Shown: piece by piece, positions 39,316 through 50,425 of the stretch | Numbering within the stretch: position 1 is the stretch's first letter | How the letters are laid out: each line of letters begins with the position of its first letter | NCBI GenBank assembly: GCA_003151625.1 | Contig: PLYC01000010.1 | Span: forward strand, 133,515 to 197,514 | Direction: 5' to 3' | Length of the DNA stretch: 64,000 nucleotides | Source of the DNA: Candidatus Doudnabacteria bacterium | GTDB lineage: Bacteria; Patescibacteriota; Doudnabacteria; UBA920 | Notes under the pieces: model-generated | The model's database searches: none | The model's input: only the letters and a program-made list of their open reading frames with translations | Told to the model about the DNA's origin: nothing | Translations under genes and position numbers: made by a program

Positions 39316-39894
39316 AACCAGGCCGCCGATCGTGTCTACTAAATGGGGTACGCATCACATTAAGGCGTGTTCCAAGTGTTCCAAAACGGTCCAGCGCGGC
39401 GCGACCTACCAACCCTGGCCGCCATTGGTCAAGACTCCAAAAACCCCTTATAATGGTTGTAACGGACGGGTACTAGACCTGTACGTTCAGCCAACACTTT
39501 TCACCAATGTCTATTGGTGTTTTTTGTTAGGCCACAAATTACTTTGGAACTATGGTATAATACAATTACAAAATATTAAGTCTTAAAACTAACATGTCAG
39601 CAGAAAAATCAACAAACTCTGAATACTCAAGGGCCCAGGATGAAGCTCGAGAGGTCAGGGCGGACATCATTCCATAAGGCCAGCCAACAACTTTTTTTAT
39701 CGTAGAGACCGAGGAGCATTGTAGATAAGCCAGATTTTTAGTTCTTATCCTAGGTGCGTGACTGCTCCCCCATTTAGGATTCGAACCAAAATAACACTAA
39801 AATAATCATATGATTTAATAGTTTGCGATCAAAACTTGCGTTGTTTAGGAATAATTACAAATAATTCTTTATTTAAATTAATTTCAATGGCCTT

Positions 39895-41376
39895 ATGAAG
39901 CTAAACGAACCGTTAAAAATTCTGTTTGTCGGATCCGAAGCGTCACCTTTTGTAAAAATCGGAGGGTTGGGCGAGTTTCTTTATACTTTGCCAAAAGCGC
40001 TTCGGGAGCTGAATCATGACGTTCGCGTGATAATTCCCAAATACGCGAGCGTTGATGCGGAAAAATTTCCCATGACCACCGTGATCGAAGGATTAATAGT
40101 TCCCAATCCGGGGCACGAGGACATCGTTTGCAACATTAAAAAATATAATAACGACAACCCGCTGGATCCGATCAATTATTTTTTGGAAAATGAAGAATAT
40201 TACGAGAAACGCGGTAGTGTTTATGGCTACGACGATGATGCTGACCGTTGGGCTCTTCTGTCCCGCGGTACGATAGAATTTATTCGAAACCAGAACGAGT
40301 GGCGGCCGGATATTATTGTAGCCAACGATTGGCAGGGGGGACTTCTCCCTAATTATATGAAAACTGAATATAAGGATGATCCGGTAATTTCCAAAATTGC
40401 GACCGTGTTTGTAATTCACAATTTATACTTCCAGGGAATGTTTGACCACCATCACATCAGTGAGCTTAATTATGACGATGGCAAGTCAGATGTCCCACCG
40501 ATCACCGACCCGAGGCTGTTAAAGACAAATTTCATGAGCCGCGGCATACGTTTTGCGGATGTGGTTAGCACTGTCTCAGCCAACTACGCCCGTGAAATTA
40601 CCACTCCTGAGTACGGCGAGCGCCTCGACACTTTGTTGCAGGAGCGAAGGTCCCATCTGTATGGGATACTTAACGGTATCAGCTATCAGCGGTATAACCC
40701 CGAAACTAACCCTTATGTTGAATTTAAATACAACGCCGAAAGTTTAAACGAACGGAGCAGAAATAAAAAGATTCTTCAACAAAAATTCAATTTGGCGGAG
40801 CAGGGCGATGTTTTTGTGGTCGCGATTGTTTCCCGATTGAATGATCAAAAGGGATTGGATTTGGTGACCGGGACGATTGAGCCTCTCTTGGATAATTTTG
40901 ATTTTCAATTTGTGGTGGTGGGGTCGGGCGAGTCCAAGTATCTTACATTTTTCGAAGACCTCGACAAAAAGTACCCGCAAGTGGCGACTCATCTTTCGTA
41001 TGACGAAATTTTACCCCAAGTAATTTATTCCGGCGCTGATATGATTCTTATCCCATCCAAGTTTGAGCCGTCGGGTTTAACCCAAATGGAGGCCATGCGC
41101 TATGGCATGATTCCTTTGGTGCGCAAAACCGGAGGGCTGGCCGACAGTGTCGAGGATTACAATCCGATTACTCAGACCGGAACCGGTTTCGTGTTTGAAA
41201 AATATGAGCAATACGCCTTCTTCGGGACATTCGTTCGCGCGCTTGAGACATATAAATATCATAACATTTGGCAGGGTATCCAAAAACGCGCCATGGCCGC
41301 CAATTTTTCCTGGGAAAAATCCGCTAAAGAATACGTCAAGCTTTTCAAACGCGCACTGGACCAATTTAACCTGTAA
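39895..41376 (+). CDS. glgA: Glycogen synthase
   Basis: SEASPFVKIGGLG, NDWQ, IHNL, GILNG, PSKFEPSGLTQM, TGGLADSV. Confidence 0.93.
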   Translation: MKLNEPLKILFVGSEASPFVKIGGLGEFLYTLPKALRELNHDVRVIIPKYASVDAEKFPMTTVIEGLIVPNPGHEDIVCNIKKYNNDNPLDPINYFLENEEYYEKRGSVYGYDDDADRWALLSRGTIEFIRNQNEWRPDIIVANDWQGGLLPNYMKTEYKDDPVISKIATVFVIHNLYFQGMFDHHHISELNYDDGKSDVPPITDPRLLKTNFMSRGIRFADVVSTVSANYAREITTPEYGERLDTLLQERRSHLYGILNGISYQRYNPETNPYVEFKYNAESLNERSRNKKILQQKFNLAEQGDVFVVAIVSRLNDQKGLDLVTGTIEPLLDNFDFQFVVVGSGESKYLTFFEDLDKKYPQVATHLSYDEILPQVIYSGADMILIPSKFEPSGLTQMEAMRYGMIPLVRKTGGLADSVEDYNPITQTGTGFVFEKYEQYAFFGTFVRALETYKYHNIWQGIQKRAMAANFSWEKSAKEYVKLFKRALDQFNL

Positions 41377-41394
41377 TCATTAAGACTAATATGT

Positions 41395-42888
41395 ATGCGG
41401 TGGGCAAATTTTTTGCACATGTACCAGCCGGCAGAACAGCAGCCGGATATTCTGGAGGCGATTGTCGTCCAAAGCTACCGGCCAATTATCGAAGGCTTGC
41501 TTAAGCATAAGCAGGTACGTCTGACGCTGAACATCAACGGCGCTTTATTGGAATTATTGGATAAGTATAATCATCGCGATATTATCGACAATCTTCGAGA
41601 GCTTGGGTCACAAAAGCGGATTGAGTTTACATCCTCGGCCAAATACCATGCTTTGCTGCCTTTTTTAAATGGCCAGGAAATCGACCGTCAAATTAGGCTT
41701 AATAATGAATCACTGGAATTTTTTCTCGGGAAAGATGTCAAACCCCAAGGTTTTTTTGCGCCAGAAATGGCCTATGATGAAAAAATTCTGTCGATTGTCG
41801 AAAGTTTGGGTTTTAAATGGCTGATCTTGGACGAAATTTCCTGCGGAGGGGAAGTCGGCCATGTCGATTATAATAAAATTTACAAGATTACTGGCACCAA
41901 CCTGAGCGTCTTTTTCCGCGACCGGAGGTTGAGCAATTTAATTATGAGCGCGGTGGTACGGTCCAGGGAGACTCTGCTTGAAGCCATGCGCGACAACCTC
42001 AACAGCGGCCGCTACATTGTGACTGCCATGGATATGGAAACCTTTGGCCACCATCGCCCAGGCCTGGAAAAAATGCTGTTTGAAGTATTTGACACTCCCG
42101 AATTCGAGCTAATTCAAATTTCGGATATTGCCGGGTATTACAAAGAAACCAAAGAAATAATTCCTGCCAAAGCGACCTGGGCCTCAAGCAAGCAGGACAT
42201 TGATAATGGAAGCCAATTCCTCTCGTGGTCGGATCCGGAAAATATTATCCATAAATGGCAGTGGGCATTCACTGGCATGGTGCTCAAAGAAGTATACGCA
42301 ATGGATAAAATCCATCCAAGATATAATTTGGTCCGTAAAAAAATGGATATTGCCCTAGCCTCAGACCAATTTTGGTGGGCCTCAGCCAAGCCATGGTGGA
42401 GCTTGGAAATGATTGAGGATGGGGCTTACCGTCTCCTTGATACGTTGCGCTACATTCCTGATGTCGGGAAAGAGAAACTTGAGCAAGGGCGTGATTTTTA
42501 TGAGCATATTATCGCTACCGCCTTCAATTGGCAAAGAACCGGAAAAATCCGTCAGATGATGGCGGAGCAGGGAGCCATTTTGCGCATACCGTTTAAGGAC
42601 CGAACCATCGGCCGGGGCGGCGCGGAAGAAGGGGTATACTGGGCGTTTATTGATATAATGAAGCGGCTGGAAAAAACGGCCGCTTCAAGTGGCGAGTACG
42701 AGAAAGCGATTCTTTGGCGCGATGCGATCTACAAGCTTGAAAATAAACTGGATATTTACGACACCATCAACGCCATCGATCTTTTGCGCGTTGAAATCCC
42801 TCATAATGAAGTCGAAGCCACGATTGAAAAATACAAGGCGAAATATTACGCCATTCGTGGCGGCCAGCCGGAACAGCGCGGCACGTAA
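41395..42888 (+). CDS. Glycoside hydrolase family 57
   Basis: LHMYQP, SAKYHALLP, FFAPEMAY, AMDMETFGHH, SDQFWW. Confidence 0.88.
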   Translation: MRWANFLHMYQPAEQQPDILEAIVVQSYRPIIEGLLKHKQVRLTLNINGALLELLDKYNHRDIIDNLRELGSQKRIEFTSSAKYHALLPFLNGQEIDRQIRLNNESLEFFLGKDVKPQGFFAPEMAYDEKILSIVESLGFKWLILDEISCGGEVGHVDYNKIYKITGTNLSVFFRDRRLSNLIMSAVVRSRETLLEAMRDNLNSGRYIVTAMDMETFGHHRPGLEKMLFEVFDTPEFELIQISDIAGYYKETKEIIPAKATWASSKQDIDNGSQFLSWSDPENIIHKWQWAFTGMVLKEVYAMDKIHPRYNLVRKKMDIALASDQFWWASAKPWWSLEMIEDGAYRLLDTLRYIPDVGKEKLEQGRDFYEHIIATAFNWQRTGKIRQMMAEQGAILRIPFKDRTIGRGGAEEGVYWAFIDIMKRLEKTAASSGEYEKAILWRDAIYKLENKLDIYDTINAIDLLRVEIPHNEVEATIEKYKAKYYAIRGGQPEQRGT

Positions 42889-42896
42889 TTCCATTT

Positions 42897-44600
42897 ATGA
42901 ATATATCAACTGATTATAAGACTTGGTTTGATGGTTTTAAAACCAGACAGGAGTACGGGGATTTTTTAAAAAAACCGGTGGCTTACTTTTGCGCAGAGTA
43001 CGAGCTGTTTGCCTATCTGCCTACTTATGCCGGAGGATTGGGAATCCTGGCCGGAGATTATGCCAGGGAAGCCGGAATTCGAAAATTCCCTCTGCTCTTT
43101 GTCGGTCTTTACTATCGCAACGCGCAAAATAGCCTAACCCCATCAAGCAGTTCACGCGGGGATTTTTTAGAGGAAGCCGGGCTTAAATTGGTGACAAACA
43201 GGCACAATGAGCGCCTGCTCATCAGCCTCCCCATCCACGATCGCGTAATTCATGCACAGGCCTGGGCGTGGACCAGGGAGGGGGCCACAGTGTATCTGCT
43301 GGATACCAATATAGAAGAAAACCAGCCGCACGACCGCGTTATCACCGCCCGCCTTTACACAGACGACCGTGAAATGCGCCTAAAGCAGGAAATACTTCTT
43401 GGCATAGGGGGCTTCCGCCTGCTGGAGCAGCTTGATTATCACTGTTCCGTTTACCACTTAAATGAGGGGCATTCAGCGTTTTTGGCTTTGGAATTAATCC
43501 ATCATGAAATGAAGCACCAGCGCGTTGATTTTCAGACCGCTGTCGTATACGCACGCCAGCATATTGTTTTTACCAACCACACCCTGATTGCTGCCGGGCA
43601 AGAGCAATTTACCACCGAGCTGATCTCGGCAATGATGATTGAATACGCCAAAGAAATGGAAGTTAGCGTGGCTGACATCATTTCTTTGGGCACGATTGAA
43701 GGTTCAAATCTTTTTTCTATGACTGTGCTGTCTTTCCGTCTGGCCAGCAGAATAAGCGGTGTGAGCAAACTTCACGCCGCTAAAGCGCATGAAATTTGGC
43801 CCCAGCACCCGATGAATTACGTGACCAACGGCATTTTTTTGCCGCATTGGGACAAAATCGGCAGTCGGGATGGCGCAAATTTTTGGGAACAGCACCAGGA
43901 AAATAAAAAAAGGCTTCTCTCTCATATCAAAGATAAAACAGGCGAGGTCTGGGACGAAAACATTTTGCTTTTCGGCTGGGCGCGGCGCGTCGTTCCTTAT
44001 AAACGGCCGTTGGTGTTTTTGGAACCGCTCGAACAGTTTTTGGCGCTTGCAAAAGATGCAAGTAAACCGCTCAGAGTTGTCTTTGCCGGACCCACTGATA
44101 ATGACAACGGATTAAATAACGAGCTGTTAGTTAAGCTTAAAAAAATTATTGAAGAAAAATTAAAAGGCATCGGAGTATTTTTACCGAACTACAATGTGGA
44201 ACTGGCGAAACTGATGACTGCCGGCTCGGATGTTTGGCTCAATACTCCAGTGGTCGGTTCTGAAGCGTGCGGCACCAGCGGCATGAAGGCATTACTCAAC
44301 GGCGTACTTCCGCTGTCCACTCGCGACGGCTGGGTTGACGAGGTTGACCTCTCGGCTATCGGTTGGGTTGTTGATGAACCAAATGTCGGGGTAAAGATGC
44401 TTGATGTCGCGGCCAAGGAAATTATCCCGGCCTATTACGGGCATCGTGCCAACCCCAATGGATCAAAGTGGCTAAATCGCATGCAAAATGGCCGTCGGAT
44501 CATTATTGAGCAATTTTCAACCTCGCGCGTGCTTAAACAATATATTGAGGAACTGTATATCCCTACTCTGGCCCAAAAGCACGAGCATAAGTATGAATAA
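42897..44600 (+). CDS. glgP: Alpha-glucan phosphorylase
   Basis: YAGGLGILAGD, RLKQEILLGIGG, HLNEGH, EACGTSGMK. Confidence 0.93.
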   Translation: MNISTDYKTWFDGFKTRQEYGDFLKKPVAYFCAEYELFAYLPTYAGGLGILAGDYAREAGIRKFPLLFVGLYYRNAQNSLTPSSSSRGDFLEEAGLKLVTNRHNERLLISLPIHDRVIHAQAWAWTREGATVYLLDTNIEENQPHDRVITARLYTDDREMRLKQEILLGIGGFRLLEQLDYHCSVYHLNEGHSAFLALELIHHEMKHQRVDFQTAVVYARQHIVFTNHTLIAAGQEQFTTELISAMMIEYAKEMEVSVADIISLGTIEGSNLFSMTVLSFRLASRISGVSKLHAAKAHEIWPQHPMNYVTNGIFLPHWDKIGSRDGANFWEQHQENKKRLLSHIKDKTGEVWDENILLFGWARRVVPYKRPLVFLEPLEQFLALAKDASKPLRVVFAGPTDNDNGLNNELLVKLKKIIEEKLKGIGVFLPNYNVELAKLMTAGSDVWLNTPVVGSEACGTSGMKALLNGVLPLSTRDGWVDEVDLSAIGWVVDEPNVGVKMLDVAAKEIIPAYYGHRANPNGSKWLNRMQNGRRIIIEQFSTSRVLKQYIEELYIPTLAQKHEHKYE

Positions 44601-45210
44601 AGAGTCTCTTTATAATTTTCCTGCTAGGGTTCGAACCAATTTTTTGATAATTGGTAGAAAGCATTCCGCATATTTAAGACAATTTAGATTCTGAACCGAG
44701 CAGGGTTCGAATACTAGCGCCGCAGCCATCAACACTTTTTATCGAGTGACCGAGGTGCGTCTCAAAAAGTCCACATCCGAGACGCGTCACCACACAGTGA
44801 TGCGTGCAATCGTACCGAGAGGTGTCAGCCCCGCGTGGCCAAATTTTTACACCCCGACAGGGATGGAGCCACAAAGATAGAGAATAAAAAAAATCCGGAT
44901 GCCCCGGATTTTTTTGTTGAGAAGTTTTAGTTAGTCATCCCCGCGATGCTGAGTAAATAATCTTTTTAAATAATAAATACATCCCTCCTTTAAGTAACAC
45001 TGCTTGAATTCCCTGATGCTACGGCCGTAAGGCCGTAGTACTTCACTTTCTTAAATCTTGAACGCAAAATAAACAGAAAGCTCCTAATAAGTGCATAACT
45101 TACCTTTGGGCTATATACTGTATCTAAAATAGGGAGTATGCTTAAAGCCGATGGTATGAATAGTTAAATTATTAGCCAATCGTTTAATTAGTGTGCTTAA
45201 TTATAATTAT

Positions 45211-45810
45211 ATGAACAATTCAAAACTGGAGTTATTAACTCCAAAAAACAGCCTCTTGCTGTTGGTTGATTACCAGTCCGCCATGTTTAACGGCGTCGGT
45301 TCGGGAGACCGGACAAACATCAAAAATAACGCCGTAGCAACAGCCAAGGCCGCCAGTATATTAAGCGTGCCAACAGTGTTTACTTCCATTTACCCTAAAG
45401 GGAATGGAGAATTTATTAAAGAACTTACCGATATCTTTCCCAAACTCAAAGTCATTGCCCGTAAATTGCCCGGCTTTGATGCCTTGGAAGATAAGGCGGT
45501 GCTTTCAGCCGTCAAAGCTACCGGACATAAAAAATTGGTTATTTCGGGTTTATGGACCAGTATGTGTTTTGCCTTCACGGCTCTGCATGGTTTGAGCGAG
45601 GGAATGGATGTTTATGGTCTTATGGACGCTGCCGGGGACGCGACACGGGACGCCCACAAGTACGGCATTAAGCGGATGATGCAGGCGGGCGTAATACCCA
45701 TTACTTGGGAGACAGTAACTTCCGAATGGATGCATGACTGGAATAATCCTAAAGCGTCGCGGTTGAAAAAGGAAGTCTATGGAAAATATGATGTGATGTT
45801 GGGAATATAA
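45211..45810 (+). CDS. Isochorismatase-like (YcaC-type) hydrolase
   Basis: LVDYQ, GLWTSMC, DAAGD..AH..RMMQAG. Confidence 0.88.
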   Translation: MNNSKLELLTPKNSLLLLVDYQSAMFNGVGSGDRTNIKNNAVATAKAASILSVPTVFTSIYPKGNGEFIKELTDIFPKLKVIARKLPGFDALEDKAVLSAVKATGHKKLVISGLWTSMCFAFTALHGLSEGMDVYGLMDAAGDATRDAHKYGIKRMMQAGVIPITWETVTSEWMHDWNNPKASRLKKEVYGKYDVMLGI

Positions 45811-45870
45811 TTTTTAGCGTGAAGAAGTAATAAAATAGGATAGAGCAGCGACATTATTAATTCAAAAATT

Positions 45871-46926
45871 ATGACCAAAAAAATTAAAGGCTACGCGGCG
45901 ATTGGCGCGGATAAACCGCTGGAGTTCTACGAATTCGAACGCCGCGAACTGCGCCCTCATGATATTGAATTCGACATACTCTATTGTGGTGTATGTCATT
46001 CAGACGTTCATCAGGCGCGTAATGAATGGGGTATTTCGGTATATCCGATGGTGCCGGGTCACGAACTGGTCGGACACGTAACGCGTATTGGCAAAGAGGT
46101 ATCAAAATTCAAAGTTGACGACATGGCGGGTGTCGGCTGCATGGTGGATTCATGCCGTAAGTGCGCTGCGTGTCTGGCCGGTCTTGAACAATATTGTGAA
46201 CACGACATGCTGCAAACCTACAATGCCGTTGATCCGATTGACGGCATGAAAATCCAGGGAGGTTATTCACAGACAGAAGTTGTTGATGAAAATTACGCGT
46301 TGCATATTCCGAAATCAATAGATCCCGCCAAGGCCGCGCCGTTGCTTTGCGCCGGCATCACAACGTATTCTCCGCTCCGGCATTGGAAAGTCGGCTCGGG
46401 CCATAAAGTCGGTGTTGTCGGCATCGGCGGTCTTGGTCATATGGCGGTGCAATACGCAAAATCTTTCGGTGCTGAGGTTTATATGATTACGACGACTTCC
46501 GGAAAAGCTTCCGATGCCGCAGAGCTTGGCGCGGACGGCGCCATTATTGCAACTGATATGGCTGCCATGGAAGCGCAGGCAAAGAGCTTTGATTTTCTTT
46601 TAAGCACCATTCCGCAAAGCCATGACTTGCAGCTTTATCTTAATCTCTTGAAGCAAGGCGGTACTCTGATCATTGTCGGTGCGCTGACGCAGATAGAGCC
46701 GGGAATCAACGGTATGAATATGGCAGCCAGGCGCTTGAGCATCGGTACTTCGCTCATTGGAGGTATTAAAGAAACTCAGGAAATGCTTGATTACAGTGCA
46801 AAAAATAATATTGCTCCCGCAATCGAACTTATCAAAATAGAAGATATTAATAAAGCCTTTGATCGTATGGTAAATAAAGATGTGCGCTACCGTTTTGTTA
46901 TCGACCTCAAGGCTTCGTTTAAATAA
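45871..46926 (+). CDS. Zn-dependent NAD(P) alcohol dehydrogenase (CAD-like)
   Basis: CGVCHSD, PGHE, C..C..C...C, GIGGLG, YRFVID. Confidence 0.95.
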   Translation: MTKKIKGYAAIGADKPLEFYEFERRELRPHDIEFDILYCGVCHSDVHQARNEWGISVYPMVPGHELVGHVTRIGKEVSKFKVDDMAGVGCMVDSCRKCAACLAGLEQYCEHDMLQTYNAVDPIDGMKIQGGYSQTEVVDENYALHIPKSIDPAKAAPLLCAGITTYSPLRHWKVGSGHKVGVVGIGGLGHMAVQYAKSFGAEVYMITTTSGKASDAAELGADGAIIATDMAAMEAQAKSFDFLLSTIPQSHDLQLYLNLLKQGGTLIIVGALTQIEPGINGMNMAARRLSIGTSLIGGIKETQEMLDYSAKNNIAPAIELIKIEDINKAFDRMVNKDVRYRFVIDLKASFK

Positions 46927-47085
46927 TATGAAATTGACCAGTCCGCGACTTTTATATTTGCCGTTGTTTGCGCACTACTTTCGCTGATAATATTTGCCGG
47001 CATTAAAACCAATAGCCCAAAGTCCTATTAGGACACGGGTGCTATAATTTAATAAGAAAACTTGCTAATAATTAAACTTAATTTT

Positions 47086-47490
47086 ATGAAAGGATTTAAC
47101 ACCAATATCGAAAAAGCGACTTTAGAAAATAATAATTTTCGTAAAGTCTTGTATACGGCTAAACATAGCCAATTAGTACTAATGAGCCTTTTACCAAACG
47201 AGGAGATTGGTATGGAGGTACACAAGGATAATGACCAATTCTTCCGTTTTGAACAGGGCCAAGGCAAGTGCATTATTGACGGCAATGAATATCAAGTTAC
47301 GGATGGCTCGGCCATAATAGTTCCGGCCGGAGCGGAGCATAATGTAATTAATACCTCCGAAACCGAGGAGCTAAAGCTCTACACCATTTATTCCCCGGCT
47401 CACCATAGAGACGGAGTGGTGCGGATGACTAAAGAACAGGCCGAAGCAAAAGAAAATGAAGAAGAGTTTGATGGGGTGACGACGGAATAA
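47086..47490 (+). CDS. Cupin domain protein (copy 1)
   Basis: NNFRKVLYT, EIGMEVH..DQFFRFE, VPAG..HNVIN, TIYSPAHH. Confidence 0.9.
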   Translation: MKGFNTNIEKATLENNNFRKVLYTAKHSQLVLMSLLPNEEIGMEVHKDNDQFFRFEQGQGKCIIDGNEYQVTDGSAIIVPAGAEHNVINTSETEELKLYTIYSPAHHRDGVVRMTKEQAEAKENEEEFDGVTTE

Positions 47491-47605
47491 GCGATTTATA
47501 GTCCTATTTTGCCTTAATCAAACAATGAGCCCCGTGAATCTCCCCGAAGATACCGTGAGTCCGGTATGGGGGCTCAAATAAGAGCAATTTTGTTATCCTT
47601 TAATT

Positions 47606-48739
47606 ATGGTAAAAATCGCAAAAGAAAAGGAAATAATAAGCCAACTGCTGGCCTTTGGCAATATCACCCCCAATGGCAATAAGCCGTGGGATATTACCAT
47701 TCATAATGAAGCATTTTACGGCAGGGTTTTAAGCCGGGGCAGTTTGGGCTTGGGTGAATCTTACATGGAAGGCTGGTGGGATTGCCGGGAGCTGGACCAA
47801 TTTTTTTATCAGCTTATGCACGGAAGCCTAAACCATAAGTTAAAGCTTAACTTAACCATGGTGGCTCATTATTTAAAAAACCGAATCCTAAATTTGGAAA
47901 AGAAAAGCCGCGCTTTTAACCTTAAGCACTATGACATAGGCAATAACCTTTATGTCAAAATGTTGGATAAACGAATGACCTATACCTGCGGCTGTTGGGA
48001 GAATGCGGAAAATTTGGATCAAGCCCAGGAAGCAAAATTGGAACTGGTTTGCCGTAAAATCGGATTAAAACCCGGAATGAAAATTTTGGACATTGGTTGT
48101 GGTTGGGGTAGTTTTATGAAATATGCCGCGGAAAGGTACGGGGTTACCTGCGTAGGCATTACCATTTCTCAATCGCAAATTGATTTAGGCAAGCAAATGT
48201 GCCAAGGTCTCCCTATTGAATTTAGGTTACAAGATTATAGGGATACGCAAGGGCAATACGACGCTGTGGTTTCTTTGGGTATGTTTGAGCATGTAGGTTT
48301 TAAAAATTACCGGACATATATGAAGCTGGTGCATAAATGTTTAAAGGATGACGGACTATTTTTGCTCCAGACTATTGGCAGTAACAGCTCAAACCCGGCT
48401 CATACCTCCGATCCGTGGATTAAAAAGTATGTTTTTACTACCGGCGCACTGCCTTCCGCTAAGCAAATTTCCGGCTCCGTGGAAAATTTGTTCATTATGG
48501 AAGACTGGCATAATTTCGGCGCGGATTATGATAAAACTTTAATGGCTTGGTGCCGTAATTTTGAAACTCACTGGCCGGAGTTTGAAAAAGATTATGGGGC
48601 TGTTTTTTATAGGATGTGGAGGTATTACCTGCTGTCCTGCGCCGGATCATTCCGCAACCGGTCTATCCAATTGGGGCAGGTCGTGTTTTCCAAAACAGGG
48701 GTGCCTGGAGGGTATAAATTGGTCAGGTCTTTAAACTAA
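47606..48739 (+). CDS. cfa: Cyclopropane fatty acyl phospholipid synthase
   Basis: LGLGESYMEGWW, HYDIGN, LDIGCGWG, GMFEHVG, RMWRYYL. Confidence 0.93.
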   Translation: MVKIAKEKEIISQLLAFGNITPNGNKPWDITIHNEAFYGRVLSRGSLGLGESYMEGWWDCRELDQFFYQLMHGSLNHKLKLNLTMVAHYLKNRILNLEKKSRAFNLKHYDIGNNLYVKMLDKRMTYTCGCWENAENLDQAQEAKLELVCRKIGLKPGMKILDIGCGWGSFMKYAAERYGVTCVGITISQSQIDLGKQMCQGLPIEFRLQDYRDTQGQYDAVVSLGMFEHVGFKNYRTYMKLVHKCLKDDGLFLLQTIGSNSSNPAHTSDPWIKKYVFTTGALPSAKQISGSVENLFIMEDWHNFGADYDKTLMAWCRNFETHWPEFEKDYGAVFYRMWRYYLLSCAGSFRNRSIQLGQVVFSKTGVPGGYKLVRSLN

Positions 48740-48768
48740 AATTATTAATAATTAATTTAGATAAAAAT

Positions 48769-49050
48769 ATGCTTTCAAAAACGCCAATGGATTTTAAGAA
48801 TATAAATATAAAAGATGCCGATAAAGAGATTTTGCGACTGGGGATAATCTCCGAGTTGGATGCAATCAACCTGTATGAACAGTTGTCCGCAACAACAAAA
48901 AACAAAAATCTAAAGGTAATACTTTTGGATATAGCGAAAGAGGAAAAAACCCACATGGGAGAATTTCAGGCGCTGCTGTTAAAACTGGATAAGGAACAAG
49001 TTGAAGAACTGGAAGCGGGCAAAAAAGAGGTTGAAGAAAAAACGGAATAA
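48769..49050 (+). CDS. Short ferritin-like/rubrerythrin family protein
   Basis: ELDAINLYEQ and EEKTHMGEF diiron motifs. Confidence 0.85.
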   Translation: MLSKTPMDFKNINIKDADKEILRLGIISELDAINLYEQLSATTKNKNLKVILLDIAKEEKTHMGEFQALLLKLDKEQVEELEAGKKEVEEKTE

Positions 49051-49070
49051 GGTTTTGAATTAAATCATTT

Positions 49071-49750
49071 ATGCTTCCTCGAGCTATGGTCAAAGAGTTG
49101 GCCGATTTGCCAATAGAAAATTTGGACGAATTTAATTCGTCGGTGCAGTATTTTAAAAAAACAAATAAATTGTTTTTTAATTACTGGTTAATTTATTTCA
49201 ATTTATGCCCATTCCTTAATAAGGAAACCATCAACAAAATTGTTGATTTTGGAACGGGAATCGGCGACTTGCCAGTTTATTTAGCGGAAAAGTTGGAGCA
49301 AAAGAAAATAAATTATTTTATAACTGGCATAGATACTAATGTCCAAGTCATTTCATTGGCAAAAAATGAAGTGAAAAATTACCGAAATATAAAAGTTGTT
49401 TGTTGTAATCTAAATGATTTGGTTGAACGGTTTGATATCGCATTGCCTCGCAGGTTTTTCATCATTTATCGCCAGAAGAAGCCGTTGATTTTTTAAAAAC
49501 AGCTTATACAAAAGTTAACAATGTTTTAATTATTTCGGATTTAATTAGAAGCAAGTTAGTTTATTGGCTGGTCAAAGGGTTTGTTTTCTTGACAACCACA
49601 AATAAAATCAACAGATATGACGGTGCTATTTCGGTTTTACGGTGCTACAATGATGGTGAAATTAAGCAGTTACTACACCAAGCAGACATAAAAAATTTTA
49701 AAATCCGTAATATATTTTTTAGAAAATTCATCATCATCCCAAAACAATAG
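49071..49750 (+). pseudogene. SAM-dependent methyltransferase with a 1-nt frameshift near 49445
   Basis: VDFGTGIGD in frame 1; SQVFHHL..ISDLIRS..DGAISVLR continues in another frame to TAG at 49750. Confidence 0.75.
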
Positions 49751-50425
49751 TGGACGGCAGGGTGGGCACCCGTGCCACACAGCCACCTACTTTTGTTATC
49801 GTACAGACCGAGAGGCGTTGTAGATAAGACATAAATTCGAGTTCTAATCCGAGAGGGATCATAAGGATCCTGCTAGGGTTCGAACCAAAATCAGACGATT
49901 AAAAAGTTGATTCCCGTCCCCGGTAGTTAATAAAATATTGTTTTTTATAGATAAAAAGTTGCAGACGTTTCGTCTGTAATTTTTTTTGGCTATGTTCTTT
50001 AAATGTCCTGCCAATTCGTAACAGGTGGAAAACTTATCTGGCTTTGGTTAAAGAAATTTTTGAATGCTTTAGCGATGGCTACTGTTCTATGCGCTTTGTA
50101 CTGAAAAACTTGCATGAAGAAAAGAACAATAAAAAACCCCAGGGTTGCGCCCCGAATTTTTGTTTTGCATAAATGCCTAATCTTTTGAAGAATTACCCCA
50201 AACCCTTACATCCTGCATATGGAAAAAATGCGTATTAAAACATTACAGCCAGAGCTAAGCCTTAAGAAATGTTTAACGCCGTAGTTAAGCTTTTAAATAG
50301 TTATTTAATTAAAATATCGAACATAAAAGAGCTAAAAACTTCATAATTAAGTGCATAACCCCCCCAGCTATATACTATATTCACAATAAGGAACATACTT
50401 AGGGCTATAGTAATAAAATAAAAAT

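Larger units (their letters stand above)
37986..39357 (+). mobile_element. IS3-family insertion sequence
   Basis: TG..CA ends with 26-bp imperfect IRs (tgatctgtaccccgaaaagtagacac / gtgtctactaaatggggtacgcatca); orfA plus orfB in -1 frame; no clear target duplication. Confidence 0.93.

Noticed and set aside
39769-39787. Minus-strand tRNA gene at the TAGGATTCGAACC motifs (also 44620, 49869, 53768)
   Set aside because: Only a T-arm-like fragment with no cloverleaf; treated as a recombination-core relic
39895-44600. Glycogen cluster as a novel system
   Set aside because: glgA-GH57-glgP is a recognised glucan metabolism set; only its boundaries are notable
48769-49050. Encapsulin nanocompartment system
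   Set aside because: The ferritin-like protein resembles cargo proteins, but no encapsulin shell gene is in the window
49071-49750. Programmed frameshift in the methyltransferase
   Set aside because: No slippery run at the break; a simple 1-nt deletion or sequencing error is more likely
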